61,547 bases of DNA, filler included, from Sphacelaria rigidula (GCA_964200075.2; 9 parts of 9 records of this genome joined end to end with filler, not necessarily neighbours in it), one strand, 5' to 3'. Positions 24,776 to 38,684 are shown, counted from the first letter of the whole stretch. Notes: generated from the letters alone by a model not told the origin. Program-made: numbers and translations.

Positions 24776-27474
24776 CAGGAAGTACGAAAGGATTACACCA
24801 ACCCACTTCATACGGCTCTCTGTGGATCCCCCCCCCCCTCCACTCGGCGTTAGCGTCAGGGTTTTTCTCACTTGGGTCTTAACCTCTCACTTCTCGTATG
24901 TCCTGTTGATATATGTATATACGGCGATCAGCATATGATGCCGTGTGGATAATGCCCAGCGCGCCCAAATCTTGAGAACGTGCTGGCTTGCGGATATGTA
25001 CAAGCGTACCATCGGAGTATAATTTCCATGACACAACCCCGACTCGCCATGAACGTAGTAAACGTGGTGACCGCTGCCGCCTCTCCGCATTTTCCCTGCA
25101 AAACGAGTTCTATCCGCTCTTTCCCCCACCTTTTCAATACCCCGAACTGTCCAGTGTACGCCTTTGTTTGTATCACCGCCCCCTGAGGCGAGCGCAAGTG
25201 ACTGTACCAACTCCCCTTCTTGTGCAGGCTGCCTTGCGTGACTGATACGAGGTGGGGGTGACAGAAACGTGGGGGTATGGAGTGGTCCTCGCGTCTGGTC
25301 CTTCCGTGTCGTTGTGACACCATAGGTCGTCGTCCGGTCTCTTTTTCTCCAGTGTCGCTTTTTTTAATCAGTGCGAACTTATCATTTTCCTCGACTCCCT
25401 ATTCCGTGGAAAATTTCGTTGAGGAAGCCCAATCCAATTCCGCTGCTAGCCGGCTTGCGCTTTATTGCACCTGCTGTGCGGGACACCTCGAGATTCCGTC
25501 GGCGAGTGTATTGTCTATTATGCGTATATACTTGGCGATCGGAAACCAGCCGGTCGCGATTTCTATCCGCCTCATCATCCTCGTGATCAGACCGGCCCGT
25601 CTATCCCGCTAGACACCGCATATTTTCACCCAATACACGGCCAACATCTGACCCCAGCACTAGCACTTGCTCACCTCGTACGCCGTCATTTCTTTCTACT
25701 GTACAAACAGCTGGACAGTGTGGACGGTCAGGGCCGTTCCTCATAACTGTGGGAGATTGATCGTGATTGCGGAGGTTCCTCTTTTTTTTTTTTTCCAAGC
25801 TCGACCGTGAGGATTGAAACCAGAGCGTTACCCCAGGAGGCCATCAGCTCCGGACAGCAAGTACCTACGGCCCTCTAGCCAAGCATCGGACAGGTAATGA
25901 GTGGCTAGACGTTTACGTACGCGAGAAAGGGTGCGCTAAGTGATTGCCCCAGGTCGACCAGGTGACGATCGGTTGCCCGTCGCCAAAGCACTACGTTCTC
26001 CTGGAATTCCTAACCTGGCCTCACGGATCTCCGTTGTTTCTGGTTTTCTCGGACTGCTTGGTGTACGTCAGTCACTGTCGTGATTGCTGAACAAAACACG
26101 TTCCTGCTCGAACCACGGACGTCAAGTTCCATGACTTTCTCGCCAGGCCTAGTATTGCGGCAGAGTTCCCGTGAGTTCTGTGGCTCGGCCATCCGGTTTC
26201 CAGCATAGTGCCGGTCGCCTGCATCGTCCTGGGAGTGACCGACATTCGCACAGTGGGTGTGTTGATCATACGACCATCAGAGGGTCCGAAAAGTCGGGAA
26301 CGCACTCTCTCATTTGCACAGACTCCTCGCTGGGTCGAAAAGTCGAGCGTGACATCTCGTATAGCATAGATCCACAGCGTTGTCCGAAAATCGAGGACGA
26401 ACTCTCGTCTCGCACGCGTACACAACGTTGTCCAAAAGCCGACGACAAGCCCCCACATAGTTCAAGCTCTGTCTCAGGGTGGGATGGGAAGAGAGAGCAC
26501 CAGAGCTCGATACGGCACAGGCCCGTGGTGAGGTTGAGATATCGGGTACTAACGTCGCTGAAGTGTACACGTGAAGTGATGTCAAAGTATCGAGCAAGTG
26601 CGGCGTAGTAAGTCCCAGGATCTACAGCAGCCAATGCCAGGACATCCGACCCGTTTCGCGAGATATCCATACCCCGGCTAAGAGCAGCACCAACGAATCG
26701 CGGTGGTGAGCAGAACAGTAGGTCGATGACTGTCATCTCCTCTCGGGACCTCGAACACACACGTCGACACACACAGCTCGATAACACAACCAACGCACAA
26801 CTGGGGAAATGAAGAGAATGGACTTGCCGCCTGCACCCATGAGGGAGAAAGATCCAAGCGGGTCCTCACGGAGGTGATCGCGACTTGCACCCAACCCATG
26901 TAGTTTACGCAAGGGGAATCTCAGAGACGTCGCGGGAGGCCTCGGCGGCACTCTGCTGTCGCAGATAATGAACCTCAGCGACGTCCGCCACTTGTTCGGA
27001 GGAGACAAAGCGTTTTCCAGAGGTACAAAAACTCATGAACGTTTCAGGATTTCGAGTACTAGTAGACACTACCTCCCCAACAGGCTGAATCTAGATAAAA
27101 GTACTAGTATACGGCAACCGTAATGTTGCACGCGACCACGCGACCACCTCTCACATATCTGGAAAAGATTGGGTGTAGGCGTCGAGAGAAACAGATGTCT
27201 AGCGTTCCAGCGGTCGGTAGCAAATGAATTCGACGGGTCGCCAGCACGGGTCGTTCGTGTATTTCGTTTGACCCGGAATCCCCGCCAGGAAAAAAGAGGG
27301 NNNNNNNNNNNNNNNNNNNNNNNNNNNNNNNNNNNNNNNNNNNNTTAATTAATTAANNNNNNNNNNNNNNNNNNNNNNNNNNNNNNNNNNNNNNNNNNNN
27401 GGGATGATCGGAAGAGTTTGCATGCACAAACGATTAAAAGCCCATAACGGACTTTACTTACAGGACGGAGGATG

Positions 27475-27479
27475 TAGTA

Positions 27480-27528
<49 letters not shown>

Positions 27529-27557
27529 GAGGAGGAGGAGGAGGAGGAGGAGTAGTA
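27475..27557. repeat. Compound (AGT)n(AGG)n microsatellite
   Basis: Direct inspection. Confidence 0.95.
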
Positions 27558-27581
27558 CCCTTTGGCATTTATGTGAAAACA

Positions 27582-27732
27582 TCACATCCTGGACAAAAAC
27601 AAGAAATTACATCGCCAAAAAATGTACTGCGCACAGCGTGGAATCTATTGTCTATTGCAGTAGACACAATAATCGATACTGTACGCAGTTACCGTTTTTA
27701 CAGTGCAACCTACCGTCATTATCCAGAGTGTG
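27582..27732. mobile_element. ~150-bp palindromic MITE family
   Basis: CACATCCTGGACAA...GTACTGCG...GTCTATTGCAGTAGAC...GATACTGTACGCAGT...TCCAGAGTG. Copies at 35820-35968 (reverse) and 58552-58684. Confidence 0.7.
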
Positions 27733-28234
27733 GAAACATCGATTCTTTTGGGCGACTTTCCCTAGTCCTCTACCGTAGCGGACGTTCCCTCCGGATGGTG
27801 CTGTTCTCGATATACAGTATATATATATATATATATATCCTAACTGAATCAAACGTTACGATAGGACAAACTCGAAAGATGGAGGCGCTATTATGATCGG
27901 GTGCGCCTCATGGCGACTTCGTTCGCCCGCTACTCTCATCGGTGCACCTTTGTCGTCTCGTTCCTGTACTGCTGCTGTATAAAACGTACCGACTGGAACA
28001 CTGTTGTGATATGGAGCTCGTGCGCTCGTTTTTCGTGCCTTGCCTATATTACAGGAGTACGAAACTGGTTCTTCGTTGGGGACATACCCGCCACTGGCGA
28101 TCCATGGTGAGACATACGAGGTGAGCGATATGTTACATCTTCTCGATAGCAAGAACGGATAACAGGCAGTACGTTAATACCCGACAATAATCAGCTGGCG
28201 ATTCTGGCACTGTATAGTGACTGCGGGCACAAAG

Positions 28235-28350
28235 TGTAAAATTGTCATTATTTAGCACGTAATTTTGTCCTGATTTAGCATGTAAATTTGTCATTACTTA
28301 TCATGTAATTTTTTCCTTGATTATCATGTAATTTTGTCAGTATTTTGCAC
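28235..28350. repeat. 22-23 bp minisatellite, about 5 copies
   Basis: Unit approximately TGTAATTTTGTCATTATTTAGCA. Confidence 0.8.
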
Positions 28351-29677
28351 ATTTAGCGCATTTTCGACCCCTGTGACTACAGCTAAAGGTGTCCTTTTGT
28401 GCCCATGATAGATATAAACATCATTTGCCTACTATACTTTGACTTGGTTTTCATGCGTGCCAAGGCACCTCAAGTGGAAATCCCAGAAAATGACTCGCAG
28501 TAACAGCGCATTAAGAAATCATAGTAAAGTACACTCCAGTACATGTGGTACAGGTCAACAAGAAAGTGAGTGCCTAGGAGCAAAACTCACGCACAAACAC
28601 ACACACACGCACGCACGCACGCACACACACAAGGAACAGAACTAACACACAAAATAATCACGAACTAAAAATATAAGAAAAAAAAACTGGTGAGCGACTT
28701 TTCTCGGAACAGTAATACCGGAGAGATAATGACACCACTCATTGGTTACCTAGCAACTACGTTTCTGTGGTCTTCAGACGGTAACTGAACTGAATGGTGG
28801 GTGTTATGAAGTAGTCACGAAAAACAAAAGAAGCCGGGTACCTCGGTACCTCGTAGCTGTCGTAACTCGGCCTCTAAAGCGCTTTTGTCTTCATCCAGTG
28901 CCGTCGCCCTCGCCCTCAGTGACGTCATCTCCACCTCACGATCTTCCGCGTCTAGTTTCGCTAACGGGAGGGGGGAGAGGAGGGGGGAAGAATATCGAAA
29001 GACGTATTGTTAGGGACAAAGGATTTTTCGCCTGGCATGTTTTTGGTTTTTACAGCAGCTGTTCGGGAATCGGCGTACAGTACAGTGCACTGCACATATC
29101 ACAGGAGCGCACCAAAAACAAATCATATTGCAAGTGGAGTAGCCATTATGCTGTGTCTCAACAGTCAAATAGTACGTGTGTAAAGGAAGCCTCGATCACG
29201 GGAGGCCGCCGAGACGGGCTTGTTCATGTAATCAAGCGATTCCGAAATCCTTCCTGGAAAAACAACGAAGCGGCTGACACTTCCTCTTGAGCTATCCCTT
29301 CGGTCCCTTGACGAAGGACTTCCGATATATTCTAATAAGGGGAGTACGCCTTTCGGGAGGGGAGGGGAAGTGGGGGGGGTAAGGCTGTTCGATAGAAGGA
29401 CGGTGTTTTTCATTTTTTTTTAGAACCAAGGTTTTGAGTCTCGCGCAAGATGTATTTTTTCTCAAGAGCAGGCCGCGACGGTCGTAGCTGTGCCTCCTTC
29501 GAAAAAACATGAGTTGCTTGTGAAAAAAAAACATGGTTACCCCACGAAGGTACGATACGAGTTGGGCATAACACACGCCTCCCGCCCCCCTCCCCTGTGT
29601 TATCCTTGATTTCTGGCATATTTATCGCTTTGTCAGTTACAGAATGATCGGAGGATTCTCCATGCTTCAGCGTATCT

Positions 29678-29760
29678 CATCACCATCATCATTATCACCA
29701 TCGTCATCATCATCATCATTATTATCACCATCGTCATCATCATCATCATCATCACCATCG

Positions 29761-29799
<39 letters not shown>

Positions 29800-29925
29800 C
29801 CATCATCATCCTCGTCATGATCATCATCATGATCATCATCATGATCATCCTCGTCGTCGTCGTCATCATCATCATCATCATCATCATCACGATCATCACC
29901 TTCACCTTCACCTTCACCACCATCA
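29678..29925. repeat. Imperfect (CAT)n microsatellite
   Basis: About 80 CAT/CGT/CAC triplets. It explains the poly-M, poly-D and poly-I ORFs. Confidence 0.95.
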
Positions 29926-31009
29926 TGATCCAGCTCATACAAGCATCAATATGCATACCCACGCGCCCGTGCGAGCACACACATACAGACTGGAGAATGA
30001 CACATACTGTACACACACAAACACACACCTGTTTCCGAGGCTGCTCTGAGAGCGGCCGACGTAGTCTTTTCCGAATGCAACTCGGCGCTGATGTCGACCA
30101 ACCGCTGTCCCAGACCAGCCCCCTGTCTCTTCGTCAACGTCTCCGCCTCGTCTCTTTCCGACATGGCGTACTGTCCATGATGACGCATTGGGTCATGAGA
30201 AATCGTATTGCAGCTCAGAAGGATAGTACAATAAAAGGATAAGAAACGAAAACGGACGAGGATGTACTCATGATCTTGTATGCCGTAGTCATAACACCAT
30301 GGATCTGGCGGACGAGGGGGAGCCGGAGGGAAGAGAGGAGAGGATGCCTCTGTATTCACCTATTTCTTTCGTCATACTTTTTTTCAACATCATCTCCTTA
30401 CTCCGGATGGGCTCATAGGTCTCAAGAGATCAACCGTGTTCTCTCCCTCGCTACGTACATGTCTTGAAGTTTGGTATCGCGGATCGGATCATGACCATCA
30501 ACAACTCCCAACCGCGTCCACTTTTGTCAAACATGTGTTTGCCACTCACGCTCTCATGTTCTCGTCTCAGAGACGGAAGTCGGATACTTATCAGGACAAC
30601 ACCCAAACATATCTAGTGGCATTCAAACCCCGCCATCTTCCAGTCTAGCAGGTTTTTGGTTGCGCCAGTCAGACGGCCGGGGCGCGGCGGTATAAGTTAT
30701 AAAGATTATAGAAAAGCGGAGGCGGGAAGAGCGCGCGCCTGAGGAGGGGCGAGGGGGGCGGAGGGGATATACTCATGATCGTGCATGCCGTAGTCATCTG
30801 ACCGTTGACCTCGCATCCCTAGAAAGCCGGGACGGAGCACGCCGGGTTTTCGCCGGACCAGGCTCGCAATCAATCACCAAGCGCGAAGCGCCGTCATGTG
30901 TTCGGCGAGTCGCGTGAAGGGTGAGCTGCGCCCCGCGAAGATTGTTCGACCCGAAGCCTACTGATTATTTTGCACTTTGGGATGACAGCCTACAGTATAG
31001 GCGGGCGCA

Positions 31010-31309
31010 TCAACCGGGGTCACACATAAGGACGGGACACGAGGTTATTCTATCTTATTTTTTTTCAACATTCCACCTTCCTACTGCGGTGCTTGCCTTA
31101 TTTTTTGTCGCAAGAAGGGTTCAGCAGTCCCTTTGCCTCGTCGACCGTCAAGTCGAACTTTGTGTACCCACGACATGGTCGCTCTCTACTGTTGGGCATG
31201 GTGTGAGAAAAAAATGAAACTCAGGTCGTGTGACTTCACCGAGATTCGAACCCACGTCCCAACCAACCGTCACAAGCTTTTTGAGGATAATAATTGAACC
31301 ACCGGGGCG

Positions 31310-31312
<3 letters not shown>
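31010..31312 (-). mobile_element. tRNA-derived SINE copy (diverged)
   Basis: Shares GGGTTCAGCAGTCCCTTT.CCTCGTCGACC, TGTTGGGCATGGTGTGAGAAAA and CCACCGGGGCGACC with the other copies. Confidence 0.8.
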
Positions 31313-31348
<36 letters not shown>

Positions 31349-31727
31349 TACAAAACATGGGATGTTGGGACCTTGTGTCGTGACACTTGGTGGAGCGGAA
31401 GTCGTGATCTTGGTGGCGGTCACGAAGATATGATATGTGGCACACCTCATCCGTCCCTACTGTTGCTGAGTTCGTTCATTTGTCCTCCGATTGTGTCTTA
31501 CGATATTTCACGAGTTGGACAGTAGTTCATGAGCTACCTCAATATTTTGCTTGTTATTAGTGTACTGATCCGGATCATGAGCTAGCTCATTTGCCCACTT
31601 TTTCCATGTTTGTTGCCGACATGTGGAGTAGCGCGAAGGTCGCGCTTCGACTTCTCGGACCCCGCTGTCACGTACTTTTATGTGTTTTGTACAACGAGTC
31701 TGAGAGTCTTCTTCAGTTCATATTTTT

Positions 31728-32303
31728 GGGGCTTTATACGTTACACGTGCAACCGGTCGCCCCCGTGGCTCAGTTGGTAACCTCGTAACCTTCTGACGGT
31801 TGAGTAGTGGGGTTCGATTCCCGGAGCGGTGTGGGATCTTTTCTCACACCATGCCCAACAGTGGAGACCGACCATGTTGTGGGTACACAAAATTCGACTT
31901 AATGGTCGACGAGGGAAAGGAACTGCTTAACCCCTCTCGAGATAAAATAAAAAAAGCAAACACCGCAGAAGGAAGGCGGGGTATTAAAAACAAATAAAAC
32001 AGAAAAAACTCCTGAGTTGACCTTCCTCCTGTGTGACCCCGGCTGGTGCGCCCACATATACCGAAAGGTGTAGACTGGCGCCCAGAATAAATGGGACGAC
32101 AACGCAACACACACACGTGCCATAGCGTTACACGTTACGTTCACGTTACGTTTTGACCGAAACGTAACGTGGACGTTAATTTTTTTTCACGTGTTGAACG
32201 TATCGTAAACGTAACGTCAATTTTTCAGATGTAACGTCAACGTAACCTTGATTTTTTTTACGTGACACGTCACGTAATGTGAACGTTAACGTGTATAGCC
32301 CTG
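31728..32303. mobile_element. hAT-like MITE with dense ACGT/TAACGT motifs, interrupted by a SINE
   Basis: Ends GGGGCTTTATACGTTA / TAACGTGTATAGCCCTG are inverted, and 32125-32295 carries many ACGT motifs. Confidence 0.55.
31753..32112 (+). mobile_element. Full-length tRNA-derived SINE
   Basis: Pol III A box TGGCTCAGTTGG, B box GGTTCGATTCC, anticodon-like arm TAACC-TTCTGAC-GGTTG, unique body and (CA)n tail. ACACGTGC occurs on both flanks (31743, 32113) as a probable TSD. Confidence 0.88.
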
Positions 32304-32549
32304 ATTATTTTTAGGTAGCTCATCTGCTGTCCAACGTGTTCTATCTTTATGTCAAACGACACAAACTGCGCGTCGAATTTCGAGTTGCACCCTACCGGCG
32401 GGCACTCTTGGTCATTTTCCGATGGTGTCTCTGATCCAGTCCGCCTCGAGACGGTCCTCAGCGTTAGAAATATACGTGCTATGAAATCATTTCTCAGGAG
32501 GGCAAGAGTGCAAACCAATTCAAGAGTGCGTATCTTCAAGGTCGTGTCC

Positions 32550-32875
32550 TGTAGGGTACGATTGTTTTGGATACCCAGGTATTATTACCCGTAGCCGACA
32601 GTTCTTTGAGTTCGGTACTCTTCTCGTATCGGTACCCGACAGGTCTTTTAAGATCTGTTCGAAGTGTTCACACTTTCCCGGGGCACGGGTATATCCTTTT
32701 AGGAATACCTGGTTGCGGGTAAGGGTTTCTGTACAGCCTCAATGCTCGTACCGTACCCGGCAGGTTCTGTAAACTCTGCAAGACTTCCATACCAGTACCC
32801 ATCACTTCCGTAAGTTGTGCAGGAAATTTCACACCCTACCGAAGATACCCGTGCCCAACAGAACACGAGTTCGCA
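32550..32875. repeat. TACCCG/CGGGTA motif-rich dispersed repeat
   Basis: Many TACCC(G) motifs in both orientations, resembling TE subterminal repeats. Confidence 0.5.
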
Positions 32876-33286
32876 TATTTTGACCCTTCAGTAGCGTTTT
32901 TTGCGTGAAAAATACGATCAGGCAAGTTATGCCACCTTGTAGTGGTTTGCTGTCTACCGTCTGAGAGGGATTCCAAAGCGCATGTACCACAATTTTTGGA
33001 TCGTACGTGCAGCGTGATTGTAATTCTTCGGGTGAAAATTAAATAAAGGGGAAAAAACAGAATGTGCACTTTCGTAGAAACTTGACCGATTCGCGAAAAT
33101 ACGTGCACGCAAGATTCCCTCTTTTTTTTTCACGGGTTCGTACAAGAAAAAAAGTGCACGATTTCTGTTTTTTTTTTTCTGTTCACGTAGGGTCAGCGTC
33201 ATACTGCACACACCAAAAAGAATCCACGAAGTGTGTTCTTGATGCAAAGCTTTCAGATATGAAGGACAGTAGGAGTCATGCTACGG

Positions 33287-33520
33287 TGATTGATCGATTG
33301 ATTTGATCTGATTCAATTGTCGCACTTTTTAACTGACCAGCCATGGGTCCAGCCGTGGTCGCATGATAGACGTAACCAAAAAAAATCAAAACCGAAACAC
33401 TCGCTCAAGAAAAAAAGAATAAAAAAAAAAGTCGAACAGAACGAAATAGTAGACTATAATAGGAAGACACGAATAAAAAAAAAAGTAGAGAAAAAATCCA
33501 ACAAAAGCAAAGCACAGAAA
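33287..33520 (-). mobile_element. (ATCA)n-tailed retroposon copy
   Basis: Aligns with 38685-38920 over ~230 bp and with 5821-5930. Confidence 0.75.
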
Positions 33521-36164
33521 CGGTAGGGGTTGAATATTTTGGCCCACATCTTTCTCATTCAGGGGCTCCTACAGTTAGGAGCCACACCTTAATATGGATC
33601 AGGATCTCTCCTATTTCGAATTCATTCGAGATATCCCTGGCACATTAGAATGCTAGTGGTGGCGCGCTCTCATGTGTGTCATAGGTTGTTTTGTGGATGA
33701 GGTGGAGGGCCCCTCTCAATTCAAACCTCGGAGAATACGCGTGCATCCCTCCTGTAGCACCACTTGTGAAGCAAGTTATTCCGAGGTATGACGTAACCCG
33801 CCTGGCCGTCCGGTCATTCTCGCGAAAAAAGCTACTCAAGTGTGAATTCAGCAGTACATGCCATTTTCACCGGTTTGCACTTTTGGCCGGCACCATGAAG
33901 AAAAAGGGTCTTCCTGTTTTGTATTTTTTTTTTTTTTTCCAATGGGTTCACTGATGGGTTGAGATAAGGCGTTTGCACGATTTAAGCAGGAACGCACACA
34001 CACAAAAGGAAACAAATATATAAATTTTGCTCTCTTCATTTGTCGTATCGCGGGAAACGTTTTTTTTTTTTTTTTTTTTTTTTATTTTTTTTTTATGATG
34101 TTTTTCACCACCCCCTCTGCTTTTTCTTCTTGGGATGATTGAGCCCGTAGNNNNNNNNNNNNNNNNNNNNNNNNNNNNNNNNNNNNNNNNNNNNTTAATT
34201 AATTAANNNNNNNNNNNNNNNNNNNNNNNNNNNNNNNNNNNNNNNNNNNNCGTACGATTCGAATAAATTACACTAAAACCAAGTAATTTCCAGACGAATC
34301 ATTGATTTGTCTGACCCTTGAAATATTTTTAAAAGTAATGTGCAACATCCGACAAATCAATCCGATGTCTTCATACTATATAACTATATATTCCCTTGAA
34401 TACCTTTTCTGGACTGCCCTTCCAACATATTGAAGGCGGGCACAAACTGCCTTCAGGACTTGATGTAGTCAGCGCGTACGCTACACACCCTCCTCCCCCC
34501 TCCCCCCCCAGCGACAGCAACCATGGGACCCGCAGAATCGATTATTTACCGGCCTATATGTCATTCTCCGAATACAACGACCAAACTCGGCGCACCTTTT
34601 CGGGAGTATGATTGTGAGTCTATCCACTCTCGGCGCCAACCAAATCGTCGGCGTTTTCGGCGGAACGATCTGGTTGGTTGGTCCTTTGTTCCCGTTTGGC
34701 GGTGCTTCCAACGACCAACGGATGAGTCGTGAACATAGTGCGCTTCTCTCGTGTCAAGTGCATCATGACATTGCCCTCCACCTCTCTGCCGAGAGAGAGA
34801 CAGAGAGAGACACAGACACAAACACAGACACAGACAAGAAGTGCAAGCGTTGCCATAGTGGAGAGCGTGCTGCCCGCGGTGAGTCTCAGCAGCTGTACCG
34901 ATATCTGTGCTTTCTCCCCATGTAACAAGTTAACTCGTCGGACAGGTCATGATCTGTCTGAAAAATACTTCTTCTCAGTACACTGACCCGGATCACGATC
35001 CGGATCAGTTGGCCCCCCTTTTCCATGTTTACCCCGCACAGCGCCGGACGTCGAGCACTCCCAGTAGCGCAAAGGTTGCGCTTGGGATTCTCTGATTGCG
35101 CGTTCGCACACTTCGTGCTTTTGGACCAACATATTTCGAGAGTCTTCTTTGATTGGTTATTTCAGTCAGATCATGATCTATCCGATGTGTGAACAAGGTC
35201 GATGTTTGTCGATATTCCTACGAGAATAGATGGGATAATAACACATGAAAAAACGCTTCGACGATACAACTCGACGTCGTGGTTAGACAGACAAGTGTGT
35301 CACATACACACGCTTGGGCGACGTGTTCTATCCCGTCGTCTACGAGAGTAGTATTACTACAGCGGGATTGAATTGCATGGACCCATGGTCGGACCTGACC
35401 ACCATGTGCCCATGCTTTTGAATTGATTGCTTAATTGATTGATTGTCGCACTTTCTCTGACCCCCCAGGTAGTCATGATCCAGCCATGGTCGTTATCCAC
35501 ATGATGGACGCACCCGAGACACAACAAAACTGAAATACTCGCTGCAGAAAAGTGAAGAAAACAAAATAATGCTGTTGCATGTTATGGCATGTAATGGCTG
35601 AGGATGCGTCTTGACGGGCTGAAGAAAAAAAGGAGCTAAGAGCAAAGCAACGCGTTCAAAAGCAGCACGTTGATTGGTTGCCGCGACATAGGGCACGGCG
35701 GGATGACCAATTGATCGCCGCGACATAACGCTCGGCGGGATGATCAATTCACATACTGCTCTCGGACGGTTTGCTTTGATCTCCGCTGTTTTTTTCCAGT
35801 CCGATAATGACAACATAGTTCACTGGATAATGACAATGTATTTCACTGTCAAAAGGTGTACAGCGTACAGTATCGGCCTATTGCGTCTATTGCGATAGAC
35901 AAAATATCCCATACTGCTGTATGCAGTACACTTTTTCACAATGCACTATTGCCATTGTCCAGGTTGTGGATGAGACACGCCCTAAGGAACGTCAAGTGAC
36001 CGTATAGCGAATTTAACATGGCTTCATGATACACGATAATGCTCCAGTGATCGCTTCACCGTGAAGCTGAGGGCTTGCCATGGACAACACCCCGTGCGCT
36101 CCCCCTCGACAGAGAGGTCCTGGGCGATTTCATGCGTTGTGTTTGACACGAGAGAACCAGGGCG

Positions 36165-37115
36165 TGCCTTAGGGCGTGTCTCGGCACATGATTTATCGAT
36201 CGAAAATGTGCGGTGGAAAAGGAAAATTCCAATCTAAGGGGTCGTGGTTTCAACCATCGTCATTTATGTTGAAATGACGACCTATCGAATCGGAATTTTT
36301 TGCCGTCCACCGCACTTTTCCGACCGAAAAATGATTTGCTACGACACGGCCGTAGCACGTTATTTCTTCGATCGAAAAAATGCGGCGGAGAACAAAAGTT
36401 CCTATATGATTGGTAGTAATTTCAACATTAATGACGTGGACGTCAATAACGACCATCAGATCGGATTTTTTTTTTCCGCCGCGCCTTTCCGTTCGAAAAT
36501 TAATTTACCAAGACACGCCCTCATACATGTTTCCGACCCATCCCTTCAGGGGTGGAAGCGCCGCGAATCGAAAACATCAGACGCCAGATAGTTGCCCCGA
36601 AAACGCGTAATAGCTTGGTCGATCGGGGCCGACAGCAGATAGACTCAGCCCGTGTCTCAGGCTCATCGCTGGGAAAGTTTCGAACTTTTCAGACTCTGCG
36701 TTCAGACTTCTCCGAAAGCGAAGCGGCTCGCGTTTTTCTGCGCAAGTTCATTTTTCGAAAAGTCCGAAAAATTCGGACTGAAGCGCGGCGCTTCAGAGAG
36801 CAACCCTGTTTGTCCGCCGTGGCCCTCGCGAGCGTTCGGGAGTCATCAGGTACCTTATTACCAGTCCCGAAAATTTCGGAGGTCTCCGAAACAACAGTAG
36901 TGTCGATGTTGATGGGCCTCAGGCCGCGTCTTAGCACATCACTTTTCGATCGAAAAAGTGCGGTGGAAAAGGAAAACTTCGATCTGATAGGTCGTGATTT
37001 CAACCATCGTCAGCATAAATCACGATAGTTGAAAATCACGACCCGTCAGATCGGAGCGTTCCTTTTCACACCGCGCATTCCCGATCGGGAAAAAAATGTG
37101 CTCGTAAGACACGCT
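36165..37115. repeat. Repeat family built of ~80-bp units in alternating orientation
   Basis: Unit GATCGAAAA.TGCGGTGGAAAAGGAAA..TC.ATCTGATAGGTCGTGATTTCAACCATCGTC at 36197 and 36947, reversed at 36270-36330 and 37028-37090. The same units occur at 39235-39560 and 60427-60690. Confidence 0.75.
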
Positions 37116-37649
37116 CTCATCGAATTTGAATCCGATCGAACGAAAAAGTAGGGCGGAATTGATTTGATCGAATCTGCTTTGTTTTGCGCGGTTTGAGGTC
37201 CGAGCGAATTTGCGAGCTTTCGGTAAAAAAAAGACGGTGAAAGTCGTGAAGCGGTACTTTGTCAATTGTAGTCGGTATAGACAGTGGTCGATATTTGTCT
37301 GGACTGTCTGCACAATGTGTGTGTGTTTTGTACAGTAGGATGTGGAAAAGAAACGGGCAACGTGCAGTACAGAGCGCGACAGATGTTACGAATTTCGTAC
37401 TTGGAACTATCAGTCTCGTTTCTCGTGAAGTCAAGAATTTACGGGTACGCATTTGTGCTGAACTCTAGGGAAATATGAATTAGAAATCGGAAAGTGCGCG
37501 GGGGTCGGCAGGTGAGAATCTGCAAGAATGAACTGCACCTCAGAGTAATAAGGAGCTGCCTGCAACCTCCGTGGCTACGTCAGGCCCCCAAGCAAGCTGC
37601 CTCCTCTCTAAAACTGGCAAACAACATTGATGTCCACAAACACACCTTG

Positions 37650-37940
37650 TGTGTGTGTGTGTTTGTGTTTTTGTCCCATTTATTCTGGACACCGGTCTAC
37701 ACCATTCGGCGGTCTGCACCTTTCGGTATTTGTGGGCGCACCAGCCGGAGTCACACAGGAGGAAGGTCAACACAGGAGTTTTTTTTGTTTTTTGTTTTAA
37801 CAATCTACCTTCCTTCTGCGGTGCTTGTCTTTTATTTTTATCGCGCGAGAGGGGTTCAGCAGTCCCTTTCCCTCGTCGACCGTGAAGTCGACTTTTGTGT
37901 ACCCACGACGTAGTTGCTCTGAGCCACCGGGGCGACCGGC
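37650..37940 (-). mobile_element. tRNA-derived SINE copy with internal deletion
   Basis: (GT)n tail, conserved body, and TGAGCCACCGGGGCGACCGGC end. Confidence 0.8.
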
Positions 37941-38684
37941 ATTTATAGATAATGACAATTTATGCAAAACTCATGCAGTATTCCATTTTTTTTCTTTTGG
38001 AACACGACTGGCTCACGTACTGCTCGGCAGTCAGTAGCAGGGGGGAGTATTGACGCCCGACGTGCGTAACATAGACCATGTCGATTGAGTGGCTGTTCTG
38101 GCTACAATGATACAGTGCTACAGCAGTTGTCTAGTCGTCGGGGGTGGGTAACATGAACTTTGATCCCTGCAGTCCTGAAAAGCATCGTTATATAATGAAA
38201 ATCTGGTGAAATATGATTGATGGATGCCATGTGCTAAAGATGATCCTTGACAACCGCTCAAGGAAAAATAAGTGTTAAATTGAATGAATGCCTGTGCAAA
38301 ACAAAAATATCAAAAGTAAGCGTTTGGCGTTTAGCACCTCTTCGAGCAGTAAGAATTTTGATTCAAGTATTCCTGCTGAAATCGGAGAGAAAGTGAGACG
38401 CGATTCTCGCTTCAAATAAGAATCTCTTGGCCTCTGTCGCGCTCTGTACAGCAGCACAGGACTGTCCCTACCCTGCCTTAGAGTGTGGAAACGATTTGAA
38501 CAACGTGCAGTCTTGTACTGCCTGTGATGTCCATGAGCGTGTACGCCATTTGATTGCCCACCCTACCACGCACTTCCGTTGACAAGAAGATGCTCAAAAT
38601 TTCGCCATAAAAAAATAAATACGTCATGCCCAGGTACTGCAGTGTATGTACCCCTGTACTCAACTTGTGCTCCACTCTGCAGAG

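Larger units (their letters stand above)
23790..25760 (-). pseudogene. DIRS/Ngaro-type retrotransposon relic: RNase H followed by tyrosine recombinase
   Basis: RNase H: RDRRAGLITRMMRRIEIATGWFPIAKYIRIIDNTLADGISR (~25490-25610). YR N-terminal part: TKAYTGQF..FMASR..VRLYISA. YR catalytic part: ILSYFLLCRASEIWAY..VH..ADTVEGTFRALK (rejoined across the SINE) and GTLELLLDLL.LHP..SPL..GWRV. Many stops and frameshifts. Confidence 0.8.

Noticed and set aside
29633..30242. Poly-Asp, poly-Met and poly-Ile proteins
   Set aside because: Translations of a (CAT)n microsatellite.
31753..31830. Functional tRNA gene
   Set aside because: It lacks a proper cloverleaf and is fused to a multi-copy body with a (CA)n tail, so it is a SINE head.
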